From a virus: DNA of 56,409 nt. The translations under genes were made by a program, and so were the position numbers. This document shows, piece by piece, positions 47,695 to 56,409 of this stretch. The DNA lies in IMG/VR virus record IMGVR_UViG_3300031159_000001. The stretch is one strand, 5' to 3'. Each line of letters begins with the position of its first letter. The first letter of the stretch is position 1. The notes beneath the pieces were generated by a model. The model made no database searches. It was given only the letters and a program-made list of their open reading frames with translations, and was not told the DNA's origin.

Positions 47695-49085
47695 GCCCAC
47701 TGCCTCCTCGGGTCCGGTTCCCGGCGCGCCGGCTGCTCATGCCCGCGGTCGAGACTGACGAACTTGTTGAAGTTCTTCAGGAACACGAGCTCCACCGTTC
47801 CTACCGGGCCGTTCCGCTGCTTGGCCACGATGACCTCGACGATGTTCTTGCGCTCCGTTTCCTTGTCGTAGTAGTCGTCCCTGTACAGGAAGGCGACGAT
47901 GTCCGCGTCCTGCTCGATCGAGCCCGATTCGCGCAGGTCGGAGAGCATCGGCCGCTTGTCCTGCCGCTGCTCGACCGCCCGGCTGAGCTGTGACAGCGCG
48001 ATGACCGGCACGTTCAGCTCGCGCGCGATCTGCTTCAGCGTCCGTGAGATCTCCGACACCTCCTGCTGCCGATTCTCGCCGCGGCGCCGTGTCTGGACAA
48101 GCTGCAGGTAGTCGACGATCAGGAGCCCGAGTCCGCGTTCGCGCTGCAGACGGCGAGCCTTGATCCGGATGTCCTGCACCGTGATCGCCGGAGTGTCGTC
48201 GATGTAGATCGGTGCCTCGGACAGCCGACTGATGGCCTCCACCACCTTCGCCCAATCCTCCGGATCCAATCGTCCGGTCCGGAGTTTTCCGGCATCTACG
48301 CCGGATTCCGCCGCTATCAACCGGTCGACGAGTTGCGCCGCGGACATCTCGAGGCTGAAGATTCCGACCGTTTCCCGCGCCAATACTCCGACGTTCGTCG
48401 CGATGTTGAGGGCAAATGCCGTTTTCCCGACCGACGGCCGGGCGGCCACGATGATCATGTCGCTGGGCTGGAAACCGGTCGTCATCCGGTCGAGATCCGG
48501 GTATCCCGTCGGAAGCCCGGTCACGCCGTTTCCCACCGGAGCTTCCGCCCGCCGCTCGATCTCTTCGTAGCGGCTGACCGCCACCTCGCCGATCGGCCGG
48601 AACGTCTTTTCAGCCGCCGTGCTCTGCTCGAGGATGGCCGTCGCTTTGTCCTGGACAGCCGCCGAGATTTGGCCAGCCTCGCCGTCTCCCTGCATGGCCT
48701 TTTCGAGCATTTCGCGGAGCATCAGGATTTCGCAGCGCCGCACGTATTTCTCGCGGACAATGCCCGCGTAATACTCGCAGTTTGACGCCGTGGGAACGAT
48801 GCTCAGGAGCCGGGACAGGTATTCCACGCCGCCGACCGTTTCGAGCTCTCCGCTATCCATGAGACGGGCTGTCAGCGTCAGAAGGTCGATCGGCTCGCCG
48901 GTCTCGCGCATCTCCTGCATGGTGCGGTAAATCCGTGCGTTGACCTCGCTGTAAAACTCGCCGCCGCGCAGGATGTTTTCGGCCATGTCGAACACTTCGT
49001 TCTCGATCAGGATCGATCCGAGCACCGCCTGCTCGGCCTCGATGTTGTGTGGCAGTTCAGCCGCCATAAGCTCTGCGAGCCGCAA
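47691..49085 (-). CDS. dnaB: Replicative DNA helicase DnaB
   Basis: PHNIEAEQAVLGSIL N-terminus, Walker A ARPSVGKT and IVDYLQL. Confidence 0.95.
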   Translation of the reverse strand: MRLAELMAAELPHNIEAEQAVLGSILIENEVFDMAENILRGGEFYSEVNARIYRTMQEMRETGEPIDLLTLTARLMDSGELETVGGVEYLSRLLSIVPTASNCEYYAGIVREKYVRRCEILMLREMLEKAMQGDGEAGQISAAVQDKATAILEQSTAAEKTFRPIGEVAVSRYEEIERRAEAPVGNGVTGLPTGYPDLDRMTTGFQPSDMIIVAARPSVGKTAFALNIATNVGVLARETVGIFSLEMSAAQLVDRLIAAESGVDAGKLRTGRLDPEDWAKVVEAISRLSEAPIYIDDTPAITVQDIRIKARRLQRERGLGLLIVDYLQLVQTRRRGENRQQEVSEISRTLKQIARELNVPVIALSQLSRAVEQRQDKRPMLSDLRESGSIEQDADIVAFLYRDDYYDKETERKNIVEVIVAKQRNGPVGTVELVFLKNFNKFVSLDRGHEQPARREPDPRRQWA

Positions 49086-49416
49086 GCTGCCTCATCCTCT
49101 CTTTCACTTCCGGCGGCGCTGGGACGGCTGTCCGGGCGAACTCATCGAGCCGCCGGAAATGCTCTTCGCTCTCGCGCCTAAGTTGCTCGTGGTAGACCGT
49201 CTCCGGCTCTTTGTGGTCGAGCGGGCGCCGCAGGTCGGCGATCGTCGGCGGGAATCGCTCGCTCGTGATATGCCGGTCCAGATTCGCCTTCGCTTGTTCG
49301 TATGGCGTATCTACGAGGTATTTGTGCCAGAAGCGCACGTTATCGCTGCTTCCGTCGAAACTCGGATATGCCCGCTTGATCGCAACAAACAGTTCAGCGA
49401 CTTCCGCTAGCTTCAC
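49057..49416 (-). CDS. Helicase loader/inhibitor (SPP1 G39P-like)
   Basis: IKRAYPSF...WHKYLVD...RFPPTIADL pattern. Directly upstream of dnaB. Confidence 0.65.
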   Translation of the reverse strand: MKLAEVAELFVAIKRAYPSFDGSSDNVRFWHKYLVDTPYEQAKANLDRHITSERFPPTIADLRRPLDHKEPETVYHEQLRRESEEHFRRLDEFARTAVPAPPEVKERMRQLAARRAYGG

Positions 49417-50437
49417 GAGTCCTCTCCTCCTCGATCAGTCTCGTCAGTTCGTCGATCTGCGCCTGATGACGTGATTTTCGTGGCAGCGAGCCAAGGGCGA
49501 CCGGAGGGACTGGCACCCCCTCGGGGACTGGCACCCCTTCGGTTATGACTCTCTCTGCCATCCACGCTTCTAAAATGGCGTCTTTGTAGTACGTGAACGA
49601 AGTAGGTGGTCTGAATGTCAGCCCGTCCTCTTCTTCTCGCCGCTTTTTTGCCTCGTAAATTTTTCGCATCGTGTCGATCACGAAATTGGCAGGAACACCG
49701 CAGGATAAGAGCCACCGAATCGACATCCGTTCTTTTTCCCTGATATGGATGTCCATCTTCTTGTGGAGTTCGCAATAAGCATCAAGTATCTGGATGAACG
49801 GATCGTCTTTATCCCGTTTAGGCATGGTGTCGATTCCTTCGAGAAAGATATCGCTCGCCTGTCCGATCGGGTCAGTAGTATTAGTAGTAGTAGTATTTAT
49901 GTCTTTAATAATGTCTTTCGGCGGCTCAGATCCCGCATCCCGTAAGGGATCTCGGGCCGTTGAACTTCCCTTTTTGGGAAGTTCTTCATTCCCTTTTTGG
50001 GAATCACAACTTCCCATTTCGGGATGTTTTTCTTCCTCTTTCGGGATGTCTCGACCTTTGGCCGGTGGTGATTTTCGGGCGAGGTTCAGCGCGATCAGGT
50101 CGTTGAATTTTACCTCGTCCCAGGTCTTCACGAGACTGACGAACCATTCCTCATAGTTCTTGTTGATCTCGAATATGTGGTCGTCTCGATCCCAAAACAT
50201 GACGCGACACTTTTCTAGGTACTCCAGTTCCGGCCGTATCTTTGTCGCTGGCACGCCGCACAGTTCGAAATCCTTCATCTTCGGGACGTATGCGGTGCGC
50301 TTCTGACACCCGTATGAGAGTCGCCAGATGAAGAACAAAATGTCCTTTTGGCGTTTGGTGAAGTCGCGACGGATGACTTCGTCCCACAACTCATTGGCGA
50401 GCCTTATGTATCCGTTTTCTGCCTGCGGATTCGCCAT
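49394..50437 (-). CDS. Replication initiator/organizer (phage replication protein O N-terminal plus DnaD-like C-terminal region)
   Basis: NGYIRLANELWDEVIRRDFTKRQKDILFFIWRLSYG N-terminus. Sits upstream of the loader and helicase. Confidence 0.8.
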   Translation of the reverse strand: MANPQAENGYIRLANELWDEVIRRDFTKRQKDILFFIWRLSYGCQKRTAYVPKMKDFELCGVPATKIRPELEYLEKCRVMFWDRDDHIFEINKNYEEWFVSLVKTWDEVKFNDLIALNLARKSPPAKGRDIPKEEEKHPEMGSCDSQKGNEELPKKGSSTARDPLRDAGSEPPKDIIKDINTTTTNTTDPIGQASDIFLEGIDTMPKRDKDDPFIQILDAYCELHKKMDIHIREKERMSIRWLLSCGVPANFVIDTMRKIYEAKKRREEEDGLTFRPPTSFTYYKDAILEAWMAERVITEGVPVPEGVPVPPVALGSLPRKSRHQAQIDELTRLIEEERTREASGSR

Positions 50438-50451
50438 CCGTCGAACCTCCC

Positions 50452-50925
50452 CTAATCATCGTTTCCGATCCCGAACGACTCCCTGAAATTCTCGGGAATC
50501 AAAATTGCGTCCACGTCTTGCATGATCTTGTATGGATCCCTGCAAAGTTCGGATCCCGTATACCTCAGGACGATATAACCGCGTTTCGTAAAGAACCTGT
50601 CTCGCTGTTTGTCGTGCGCAGCCTGCTCTTTCGTCCGCTCGTGGTAGTCGTGCCCGTCGCACTCGATGATGATCTTTCGGTCAATCGCCGGATTGTCCAG
50701 AGGTTGGTACCGAATCAGAAAATCCACCCGGTACTTACCAATTTGCTCCTGACAACTGAAGCTGAAATTGTTCATCCCGTACTGAAGTTGCAGATCATAG
50801 ATGGCTAAGAATGCGATCCGTTCAATTGGCGTTAACTCGTGCTCAACCATCTTCAGTGTTTCGCTCCACAACCAATCGCGAATACCGGTGATTCTGTTTT
50901 TCCAATAATTCCAGTCCTTGAGCAT
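50452..50925 (-). CDS. DUF559/Vsr-like endonuclease-fold protein
   Basis: YRVDFLI...IIIECDGHDYH...GYIVLRYTG pattern. Confidence 0.7.
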   Translation of the reverse strand: MLKDWNYWKNRITGIRDWLWSETLKMVEHELTPIERIAFLAIYDLQLQYGMNNFSFSCQEQIGKYRVDFLIRYQPLDNPAIDRKIIIECDGHDYHERTKEQAAHDKQRDRFFTKRGYIVLRYTGSELCRDPYKIMQDVDAILIPENFRESFGIGNDD

Positions 50926-50939
50926 CGAATCACTCGCCT

Positions 50940-51089
50940 TCAGGCCGGAATGACCTTCCTCGTTCCCGTGAAACGATGTACCAAATGCAGTGCCCCCGGA
51001 GGAGCCTTCGCGACGAGCCAGTTTTCAGGGTTGAGCCCCATGCCGGCGATCGTCTTCTTCTGCCGCAGCGTCGGTCGTTTGCCCATCAT
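50940..51089 (-). CDS. Small conserved phage/ICE-type protein (49 aa, below the ORF-track cut-off)
   Basis: MMGKRPTLRQKKTIAGMGLNPENWLVAKAPPGALHLVHRFTGTRKVIPA. GGAGG lies 9 nt upstream. The motif is recalled from a DUF6906-like family. Confidence 0.5.
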   Translation of the reverse strand: MMGKRPTLRQKKTIAGMGLNPENWLVAKAPPGALHLVHRFTGTRKVIPA

Positions 51090-51217
51090 TTCCGCTTTCC
51101 TCCCCTGCTCCGTCGCGGGCGAGCGAGAATCGCCCGGACATATTGGCTATATGACGGTATGAAACTTTCGTGGACGGTTCGCGACATGCCGATCCATCTG
51201 CCAAAGAACCAGCCCAT
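51086..51217 (-). CDS. Possible 43-aa protein
   Basis: GGGAGG SD and an ATGA overlap with the next ORF. The basic low-complexity tail makes it doubtful. Confidence 0.25.
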   Translation of the reverse strand: MGWFFGRWIGMSRTVHESFIPSYSQYVRAILARPRRSRGGKRK

Positions 51218-51224
51218 TCGGTCC

Positions 51225-51932
51225 TTACCTCCCTGCAACATATACCGGTTTCCCGGTTACTTCTTGCACCCGGCGCCGGAAAAACACCTCATCGCTGTTG
51301 TTGTCACTCAGGTGAAGCAGGTGGATCTCCTGCACCTTCGACAGGTCGTTCGCTCGTAAGAAATCCAGCACGTTTTCGAGGCTGAAGTGCGACCTGAGCA
51401 GCCGCGGCCGCATCGCCGGATGAACACGGCCGGCAGCGATGTTTTCATCCAGCAACCGGAGCGAATAGTTGCACTCGACCGCGATATGCGTCAGGCCGCT
51501 GAACGTGTAGCGGCAGTAATACGAATCCGTGATAAACACCATCTTCTCGCCCGTCTGGTTCGCGAGCAGGAAGCCCAACGGCTGCTCCGCGTCATGCTCC
51601 ACGTCGAACGGCATGATCATCCACGTCCCGACTTCGAACTGACGCTTCGGCTCGATTACCTTGATCCGGTGGCCACTTAAGCCTCGGGCGGCGGCTGTGC
51701 CGGCGCTGACGTAGACGTTGACGCCGGCTTTTGCGAGGTCTGCGGCTGCCCGGGAGTGGTCCATGTGCTCGTGGCTGATCAGGACGCCCGCAAGGCGCGA
51801 GACGCGGAAATCCAGCGCCTTGCGGATGTCGGCAAACCGTATGCCGGCCTCGATGAGCAGCTCTGTACGGCCGTCCGTGACGTGGTAGCAGTTGCCGGCG
51901 GACGAGCTGGCGATAGAACGAAACCGAATCAT
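51225..51932 (-). CDS. Metallo-beta-lactamase-fold hydrolase (probable recombination nuclease)
   Basis: HEHMDH motif. Directly downstream of the annealing-protein gene. Confidence 0.85.
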   Translation of the reverse strand: MIRFRSIASSSAGNCYHVTDGRTELLIEAGIRFADIRKALDFRVSRLAGVLISHEHMDHSRAAADLAKAGVNVYVSAGTAAARGLSGHRIKVIEPKRQFEVGTWMIMPFDVEHDAEQPLGFLLANQTGEKMVFITDSYYCRYTFSGLTHIAVECNYSLRLLDENIAAGRVHPAMRPRLLRSHFSLENVLDFLRANDLSKVQEIHLLHLSDNNSDEVFFRRRVQEVTGKPVYVAGR

Positions 51933-53068
51933 CAGAATCCCGGTCCATCGCCGGCCGCCACAGGTTCGCCGAAGTCAAATGCGCTCTGGCCGGTGTCGAA
52001 GCTCGTGCTGACCGGTTGTTGCGTAACTGCAGATTCAGGTGATTGTGACGATTGTTGTTGAGGTTCTGGTGCAGCTTCCGGTTCGGACTGCGGCGCCGGC
52101 TGCTCCTCCGGACCGGGTTTGATCGAGTAGTCGACGTCGATCGGCTCGCTGTTGGCGTGTTCCTGCAGCTCACGACGCACTTCCGCATAGTCCGGATCCG
52201 TGGCCTCCGCGTGGATCATCTCGACAAACGCGCTGCCGAAGTCCTTCGGGATCTTCTTCACGATGTTGTTCCGCATTTTACGGATCAGCATCGCCTCGCG
52301 GCTCTGGTACTCCGTCCATGCCGGACTGATCCACTGTTGCAGTTCCGGATCGTCCAGCGCGTTCAGACCGAGCGATTTTGCCTTATCAAGGATCGCCTTC
52401 TTCTTTTCGGCGATCTGTTTCTTCTGCTCCGGGGTTGCCCTGAACCGGTCGGCGCAAATGCCGAACATTTCGTTCATGAGATTGTTGTTGATGTGAGCGA
52501 TGAGGTTTTTGACCACATCGTCACGCTCAGCGATGAAAAACTGAATGCTGTCGTCTTGGAAGATGATCGGGTACACGACGCGGACGACCTCGCCTTTCCC
52601 GGTCGGCGTCCACTTCGGCGGTGTCATCTCCAGTCCGTTGTAAGAGGGATATTCGAAGTGATCGTGCTCGCGCACGAGCCAGAAGGGGCGAACCTGCTTC
52701 ACGTTTCGTCCGAAACGAGCGAGGATGGCGTCGTTCCCGTCACCCTCAATGCCCATCTCGATTTGTTTCTTCCAGCTGTCGCCGATTTTGACGTTGCGCA
52801 GCTGGAAGTACACTTCCCGCGGGCTCGCCGCAGCGTTCAGCTTGAGAGCGGCAACGTTCAGCAGGATTTGCGTCACGTTGTTCCGGTCCAGTTGGGGATC
52901 GTTCCAGTCGATCCCCTTCCCGTCCAGAACAGCGTTGATCGCGCTGATCGCGTTGATGACGCATTGTTTCGCGTATTGATCCATATGGACACCGTTCGCC
53001 GTAAGCTGGCGCTCAATCATCGGCGCGAACGTGTCCGTAATCTTGACAAGTCCCGTTGCGTATGCCAT
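51932..53068 (-). CDS. recT: RecT-like single-strand annealing protein with an acidic/Pro-rich C-terminal tail
   Basis: Called from its position between the SbcC-like ATPase and the MBL nuclease, plus weak RecT-like motifs. Not verified. Confidence 0.55.
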   Translation of the reverse strand: MAYATGLVKITDTFAPMIERQLTANGVHMDQYAKQCVINAISAINAVLDGKGIDWNDPQLDRNNVTQILLNVAALKLNAAASPREVYFQLRNVKIGDSWKKQIEMGIEGDGNDAILARFGRNVKQVRPFWLVREHDHFEYPSYNGLEMTPPKWTPTGKGEVVRVVYPIIFQDDSIQFFIAERDDVVKNLIAHINNNLMNEMFGICADRFRATPEQKKQIAEKKKAILDKAKSLGLNALDDPELQQWISPAWTEYQSREAMLIRKMRNNIVKKIPKDFGSAFVEMIHAEATDPDYAEVRRELQEHANSEPIDVDYSIKPGPEEQPAPQSEPEAAPEPQQQSSQSPESAVTQQPVSTSFDTGQSAFDFGEPVAAGDGPGF

Positions 53069-53071
53069 GGA

Positions 53072-55066
53072 TCAGACTACCTCCTTGATTTGGGATTGTT
53101 CCGTCTCCACCCTGAGCGTCTTGTCTCCGGCGCTGACGATCAGTCGGATTTGCTGTCCCGGTGTCGGCAGCGGACGGGTGACCGACTCCGCATTGTCGAG
53201 GAATATCGGAGCGCAGACTCCGAAATGCTCGGACAGCGTCGCGATGATGTCGAGGCCGACATTGTGTCGAGCGGCGTTGTTCAGGCTGCCGTAGGGCACG
53301 CCGTCGACCATGACTTCGCACGTCTCCTCGAGTCCGCCGTGCAAAAGTTGGTTGAAGAGTTTGAACCGAGCCATCAGGAACCGCGAATTGATCCGGTTTT
53401 CCAGCAGATCGACCTTCGCCCGCGTGAACAGATCGAGCAAATGCAGTTCGTGCTCAAGCCGTTCGAACTCCTCGGCCAGCGCCTTTTCCTGCACTTCCAA
53501 CTCGGCGATCCGGGCTTCCTGTTGCCGGACGATGGCGAACCGCGCGAACCGCTGTTCGAACATCTCCAGTTCGTTCCGCAACTTGGCGGTCTCGAGACGC
53601 ACGGCGTCCAGAGCGCCGAGATTGGACGACCGCAGCGCAGCGATATCTGCCTTCACGGTCTCCAGTTCCTGATGCTTCGCGATGTACCGCGGATCATCCG
53701 AAACGTTCGTCATGCCGGCCTGCAGTTCCGCCAGTTCCTTCTCTGCGGCTTCCACAGCCTCCCAGCGCGTCCCGCGGACTTCCTGCAGTTCGAAGAGCGT
53801 CCGCTCATGTTCAGCCTTCGCTTCCCTGTACCGTTCAGCTTCAGCGACCACAGCCTTCCCGCGCTGGTTGATCTGCTCCAACCGCTCTGCTTTCTTGCGA
53901 TTGAAGTCAGCCTCAGCCTTCTGACGCGCCGCTGCTACCTGTTCCTCCGGCAGCGCTTGGCCGCACGTCGGGCAGTTGGCGTCGCCGCAAGTCGATTCGT
54001 CGAACTGCTCGGCGTTCACGCGGCGCCATTCTTCGCGGAGCCGTTCTGCTTCCGTGTTGAGCGCGGCAATCTCACGTTCAGCTTTCTCGATGTATTGCCT
54101 GCTCTTCTGGATGCCGTAGTCCGCTTCTTCGGCGCGCCGGCGAAGTTCGGCGAGTTCCTGACGCTTTGCGGCCAGCTTGTCCATCGTGCCGGCTAGCAAC
54201 TCATTCTTGATGGCTAGAAGCTCTCCCTCAAGCTCGCGGAGACGCTTTTCCTTCTCAGCGATTTCGCCGCCGTTCTGGATGCGCCGGAGCTCGTCCTGCT
54301 TCTCCTCGATCCTGATCTTCAGCGTGTCGATCTTCGCCCGAAGCTCGTCCTCGCTGTAGCCGCTGACGTCCGGCTTCGCGCGGTTCGCTTCATCAATCCG
54401 GTCCGGGATCCGCTCCAGCTCGTCGTTGATCTCCTTGCGACGAGCCAGCACCACTTTGCGATGCTGTTCGATCGTTCGGCCGCCCAGAATCGCCGGCAGT
54501 TCTGCGAGTGCCGGCGACGATGCGATCACTTCGTCGTCCGTCATATCGCCGCAGACCTCCAGCAGGATCTTCCGCCGGTCGTTCCACTTCAGCACCTCGT
54601 TGAAATAGCGCGGGTCGGTCAGCAGGCGGAAGATGTCTTCGTCGACGATAGAAGCGACGGCCGCCTCATACTCGCCTTTCTTGACCGGCACACCGTCGAC
54701 GAAATAGTCCGTCGTGTGCCTGCTGAATTCGGATTTCGCGCTGCCGCGCTTCTTCGTCCAGACTTCGCGGTACACCTTGCGGAGCGTCGTCCGGCGTCCT
54801 TCGATCAGCAGCACGCCCTCGACCTCGTGTTCGAGATTGTGGATCGGCGATCCGTCCGGCCGCAGCGTCTTGATTTCGAAGTTGCCCGTGCTCTTGTTCT
54901 CGCTGTCCTTGTCGAAGAGAAGCCAGTTCCAGGCGTCGAACAACGTGGTCTTGCCCGCAGCATTGTCTCCGTAGACGTTCACGTTTGCGCCGCGGGCATC
55001 CAGCGTGAACTCCCGGATGCCCTTGAAATTGCGCAACACCAACCGTTCCAGAACGATCTGCTTCAT
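53072..55066 (-). CDS. SMC/Rad50/SbcC-like ATPase with a CxxC zinc hook
   Basis: Walker A GDNAAGKTT, a long coiled coil, a central CPTCGQ hook and a C-terminal IFLDNAES (Walker B). ATG 55066 lies after GGAGGGG. Confidence 0.8.
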   Translation of the reverse strand: MKQIVLERLVLRNFKGIREFTLDARGANVNVYGDNAAGKTTLFDAWNWLLFDKDSENKSTGNFEIKTLRPDGSPIHNLEHEVEGVLLIEGRRTTLRKVYREVWTKKRGSAKSEFSRHTTDYFVDGVPVKKGEYEAAVASIVDEDIFRLLTDPRYFNEVLKWNDRRKILLEVCGDMTDDEVIASSPALAELPAILGGRTIEQHRKVVLARRKEINDELERIPDRIDEANRAKPDVSGYSEDELRAKIDTLKIRIEEKQDELRRIQNGGEIAEKEKRLRELEGELLAIKNELLAGTMDKLAAKRQELAELRRRAEEADYGIQKSRQYIEKAEREIAALNTEAERLREEWRRVNAEQFDESTCGDANCPTCGQALPEEQVAAARQKAEADFNRKKAERLEQINQRGKAVVAEAERYREAKAEHERTLFELQEVRGTRWEAVEAAEKELAELQAGMTNVSDDPRYIAKHQELETVKADIAALRSSNLGALDAVRLETAKLRNELEMFEQRFARFAIVRQQEARIAELEVQEKALAEEFERLEHELHLLDLFTRAKVDLLENRINSRFLMARFKLFNQLLHGGLEETCEVMVDGVPYGSLNNAARHNVGLDIIATLSEHFGVCAPIFLDNAESVTRPLPTPGQQIRLIVSAGDKTLRVETEQSQIKEVV

Positions 55067-55149
55067 CGAACCCCTCCTTGTTGCCATTCCCCGTCCGTGG
55101 TAAAATGGCGGTAATTGAACGTTTTGCAGATGGCCCGCCTGCCCGCGGG

Positions 55150-55425
55150 TCATTCTTCGTTTACAGGTTCGTACGTCTGTTCAAAGATGTCGGGCTTGCA
55201 GGGGTAGATTTCGCCAGCAATCCCCCGAATAATGTAATCCCCCGGCACGGCGCGGTGAACGCCTTCCAGCGTCTCGATGAACATCAATCCCGCGTCAAAG
55301 GTGATTTTGCAGTCCCTGATCGCCTCAACAATCCATTCCGGATCTTCTGTTTGATCAGGCCCACCGGTCCAGCGAAACGCTTCAATTACAACCGGCTTTT
55401 TGCGATACATACCCATCCTTTTCAC
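55150..55425 (-). CDS. Hypothetical protein
   Basis: KKPVVIEAFRW...PGDYIIRGIAGEIYPCKPDIFEQTYE. A recurrent small phage protein pattern of unknown function. Confidence 0.6.
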   Translation of the reverse strand: MKRMGMYRKKPVVIEAFRWTGGPDQTEDPEWIVEAIRDCKITFDAGLMFIETLEGVHRAVPGDYIIRGIAGEIYPCKPDIFEQTYEPVNEE

Positions 55426-55528
55426 CTGCCTTTCGTCTGGATTGATGCGATCAGCCGCATCGTGGAGCGCTCGATCCGGTGAAGGGGGCGAACACCGTTC
55501 GAACGCTCTACGACGGGGCCGACGGCCC

Positions 55529-55726
55529 CTATGCGCTTGTCTGGATCTTTCTCATCAAATGTCTCCTAATCTTCTCGTTGATTTCTTTCAAGTCTTCATC
55601 TGTGAGTTTCATCCTAACCTCGTCATTCCCGTCCGAAATCACCAGTTCCGGCGGGTCCCATCGCGATTCCGGCAAGATACGGACGGAAATGCTTAAGCGG
55701 GAAAAATCAACCTCGATCTCCGCCAT
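55529..55726 (-). CDS. Hypothetical protein
   Basis: ATG 55726 lies 9 nt after AAAGGAG. Confidence 0.5.
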   Translation of the reverse strand: MAEIEVDFSRLSISVRILPESRWDPPELVISDGNDEVRMKLTDEDLKEINEKIRRHLMRKIQTSA

Positions 55727-55730
55727 GCCC

Positions 55731-55943
55731 TCACGCTCCTTTCTTCTTCCGCAGTTCTTCAACCGCCCGGCAGAGGCGGGCGAACGTTCCAGGTGCGATC
55801 TCTTCCGGATGCCGGCAATGCAACCCGTTCGCCAGCGTCTCCCGGATCGCATCCTCGACCGCCATTCCGCGGCACATCACCCGGGCGTAAGCCATCGTGA
55901 CGGCTGCCTGTTCGGACCGTTTCGAAAGCCAGCGAAATTTCAT
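55731..55943 (-). CDS. Hypothetical protein
   Basis: Coupled ORF. Confidence 0.5.
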   Translation of the reverse strand: MKFRWLSKRSEQAAVTMAYARVMCRGMAVEDAIRETLANGLHCRHPEEIAPGTFARLCRAVEELRKKKGA

Positions 55944-56224
55944 GCTTGCCGCTCCCTTTCACGCGGGAAACGTGGTATAATGAAAGCAAGGAAATTTCCA
56001 AAACGTATCATCCGAGACGTCCGGCCCGCCCGCCGGGCGTTTCGCTTTTCTTCGCGCGCGAAACGGATCAGTTTCCGCAGGTACGCTTCCATGTCCGCGC
56101 GTTTCGCAGGGTCGATCCGATCCGGATGCTTCCGGATCCATTCGAGATTGTGCCGCGCCCTCCGAGCTGCCGCCTCAGCTTCACGCGCCAGTGTTTGTCT
56201 GTCCAACTTGCTCCCCCTCCTCAT
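55940..56224 (-). CDS. Hypothetical basic protein
   Basis: Coupled ORF. Confidence 0.5.
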   Translation of the reverse strand: MRRGSKLDRQTLAREAEAAARRARHNLEWIRKHPDRIDPAKRADMEAYLRKLIRFAREEKRNARRAGRTSRMIRFGNFLAFIIPRFPRERERQA

Positions 56225-56405
56225 TGAGCGGTATATCCGGTTTCCAACGATAACCGGATGCTTTGATCCTGCGATTGAGCTCCGCTTTGTACCGCATCAG
56301 CCGTTCGAATCGATACCGGTTCCGCATGTGTTGCGGCCGCCGGTCGGTTGCATACGTTGCCGCTTTTCGCGTGTAGAACTGGATGCGACGAATATGTTCG
56401 ATCAT
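56181..56405 (-). CDS. Hypothetical basic protein, with its 5' end inside the terminal repeat
   Basis: The start codon at 56405 equals position 123 of the circle. It continues the early operon across the junction. Confidence 0.5.
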   Translation of the reverse strand: MIEHIRRIQFYTRKAATYATDRRPQHMRNRYRFERLMRYKAELNRRIKASGYRWKPDIPLNEEGEQVGQTNTGA

Positions 56406-56409
56406 GTCA
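56283..56409. repeat. Second copy of the 127-nt terminal overlap
   Basis: Identical to 1-127. Confidence 0.95.

Larger units (their letters stand above)
1..56282. mobile_element. Complete temperate siphovirus genome (circular map) with integrase, attP, CI/Cro switch, replication, packaging, head, tail and lysis modules
   Basis: All canonical modules are present in one closed circle. No sheath or baseplate genes and a long tape measure, so siphovirus morphology is inferred. Confidence 0.85.

Noticed and set aside
52052-54196. 714-aa + strand ORF
   Set aside because: Antisense shadow of the RecT-like and SMC-like genes. L/R/V-rich with no motifs and no SD.
1-56409. CRISPR array, reverse transcriptase (retron/DGR), transposase/IS element, rRNA
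   Set aside because: Scanning by eye found no regularly spaced repeats, no ORF with RT-like (YxDD) or transposase-like motifs, and no rRNA-like segments. The only exact long repeats are the 127-nt ends and the 29-nt hairpin element.

Overview
The window is a complete, circularly closed phage genome. Bases 1-127 recur exactly at 56283-56409, so the unit length is 56,282 bp. By gene content it is a temperate siphovirus of a Gram-positive (Bacillota, Paenibacillus/Bacillus-like) host: GGAGG Shine-Dalgarno sites, sigmaA-type promoters, ArpU, XkdX, YolD-like, amidase_3 endolysin.

Layout:
1. Lysogeny module on the + strand (1.2-3.8 kb): CI-like repressor, two small genes and a tyrosine integrase. 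It ends in an attP that carries the 3' 44 nt of a tRNA-Gly(CCC)-like gene, flanked by arm-type repeats.
2. Accessory island of about 13 kb (4.0-16.8 kb) between attP and the lysis genes. It holds a GNAT toxin-like pair, an RHH/YolD/SHOCT mini-module and two divergent operons driven by near-consensus promoters.
   - The minus-strand operon has 10 coupled genes, including an SNF2 helicase, an IbrA/DndC-like PP-loop enzyme, an IbrB/DndB-like ParB protein and a DPPW methyltransferase.
   - The plus-strand operon encodes a MoxR-like AAA+ ATPase and a VWA protein.
3. Minus-strand lysis, tail, head and packaging genes (16.9-38.3 kb).
4. Late-control region (38.3-40.8 kb): a second, catalytic-domain-only tyrosine recombinase, an AT-rich orphan gene, a structured non-coding leader ending in a strong terminator, and ArpU.
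5. Early, replication and recombination genes (40.8-56.4 kb). These run across the circular junction from the Cro-like gene at 1089.

Best candidates for something new:
- The 10-gene DNA-modification-like operon, which matches no described system that I can recognise by eye.
- A late-operon leader RNA plus a family of near-identical internal terminators, which implies processive antitermination.
- Three antisense-oriented units of the form extended -10 promoter, structured RNA, then terminator, each sitting just upstream of a key gene.

Limits: all product calls come from motif recognition by eye, and no database search, folding or alignment program was run. Many starts were re-set from the ORF track using SD spacing and start/stop overlaps and should be treated as provisional.
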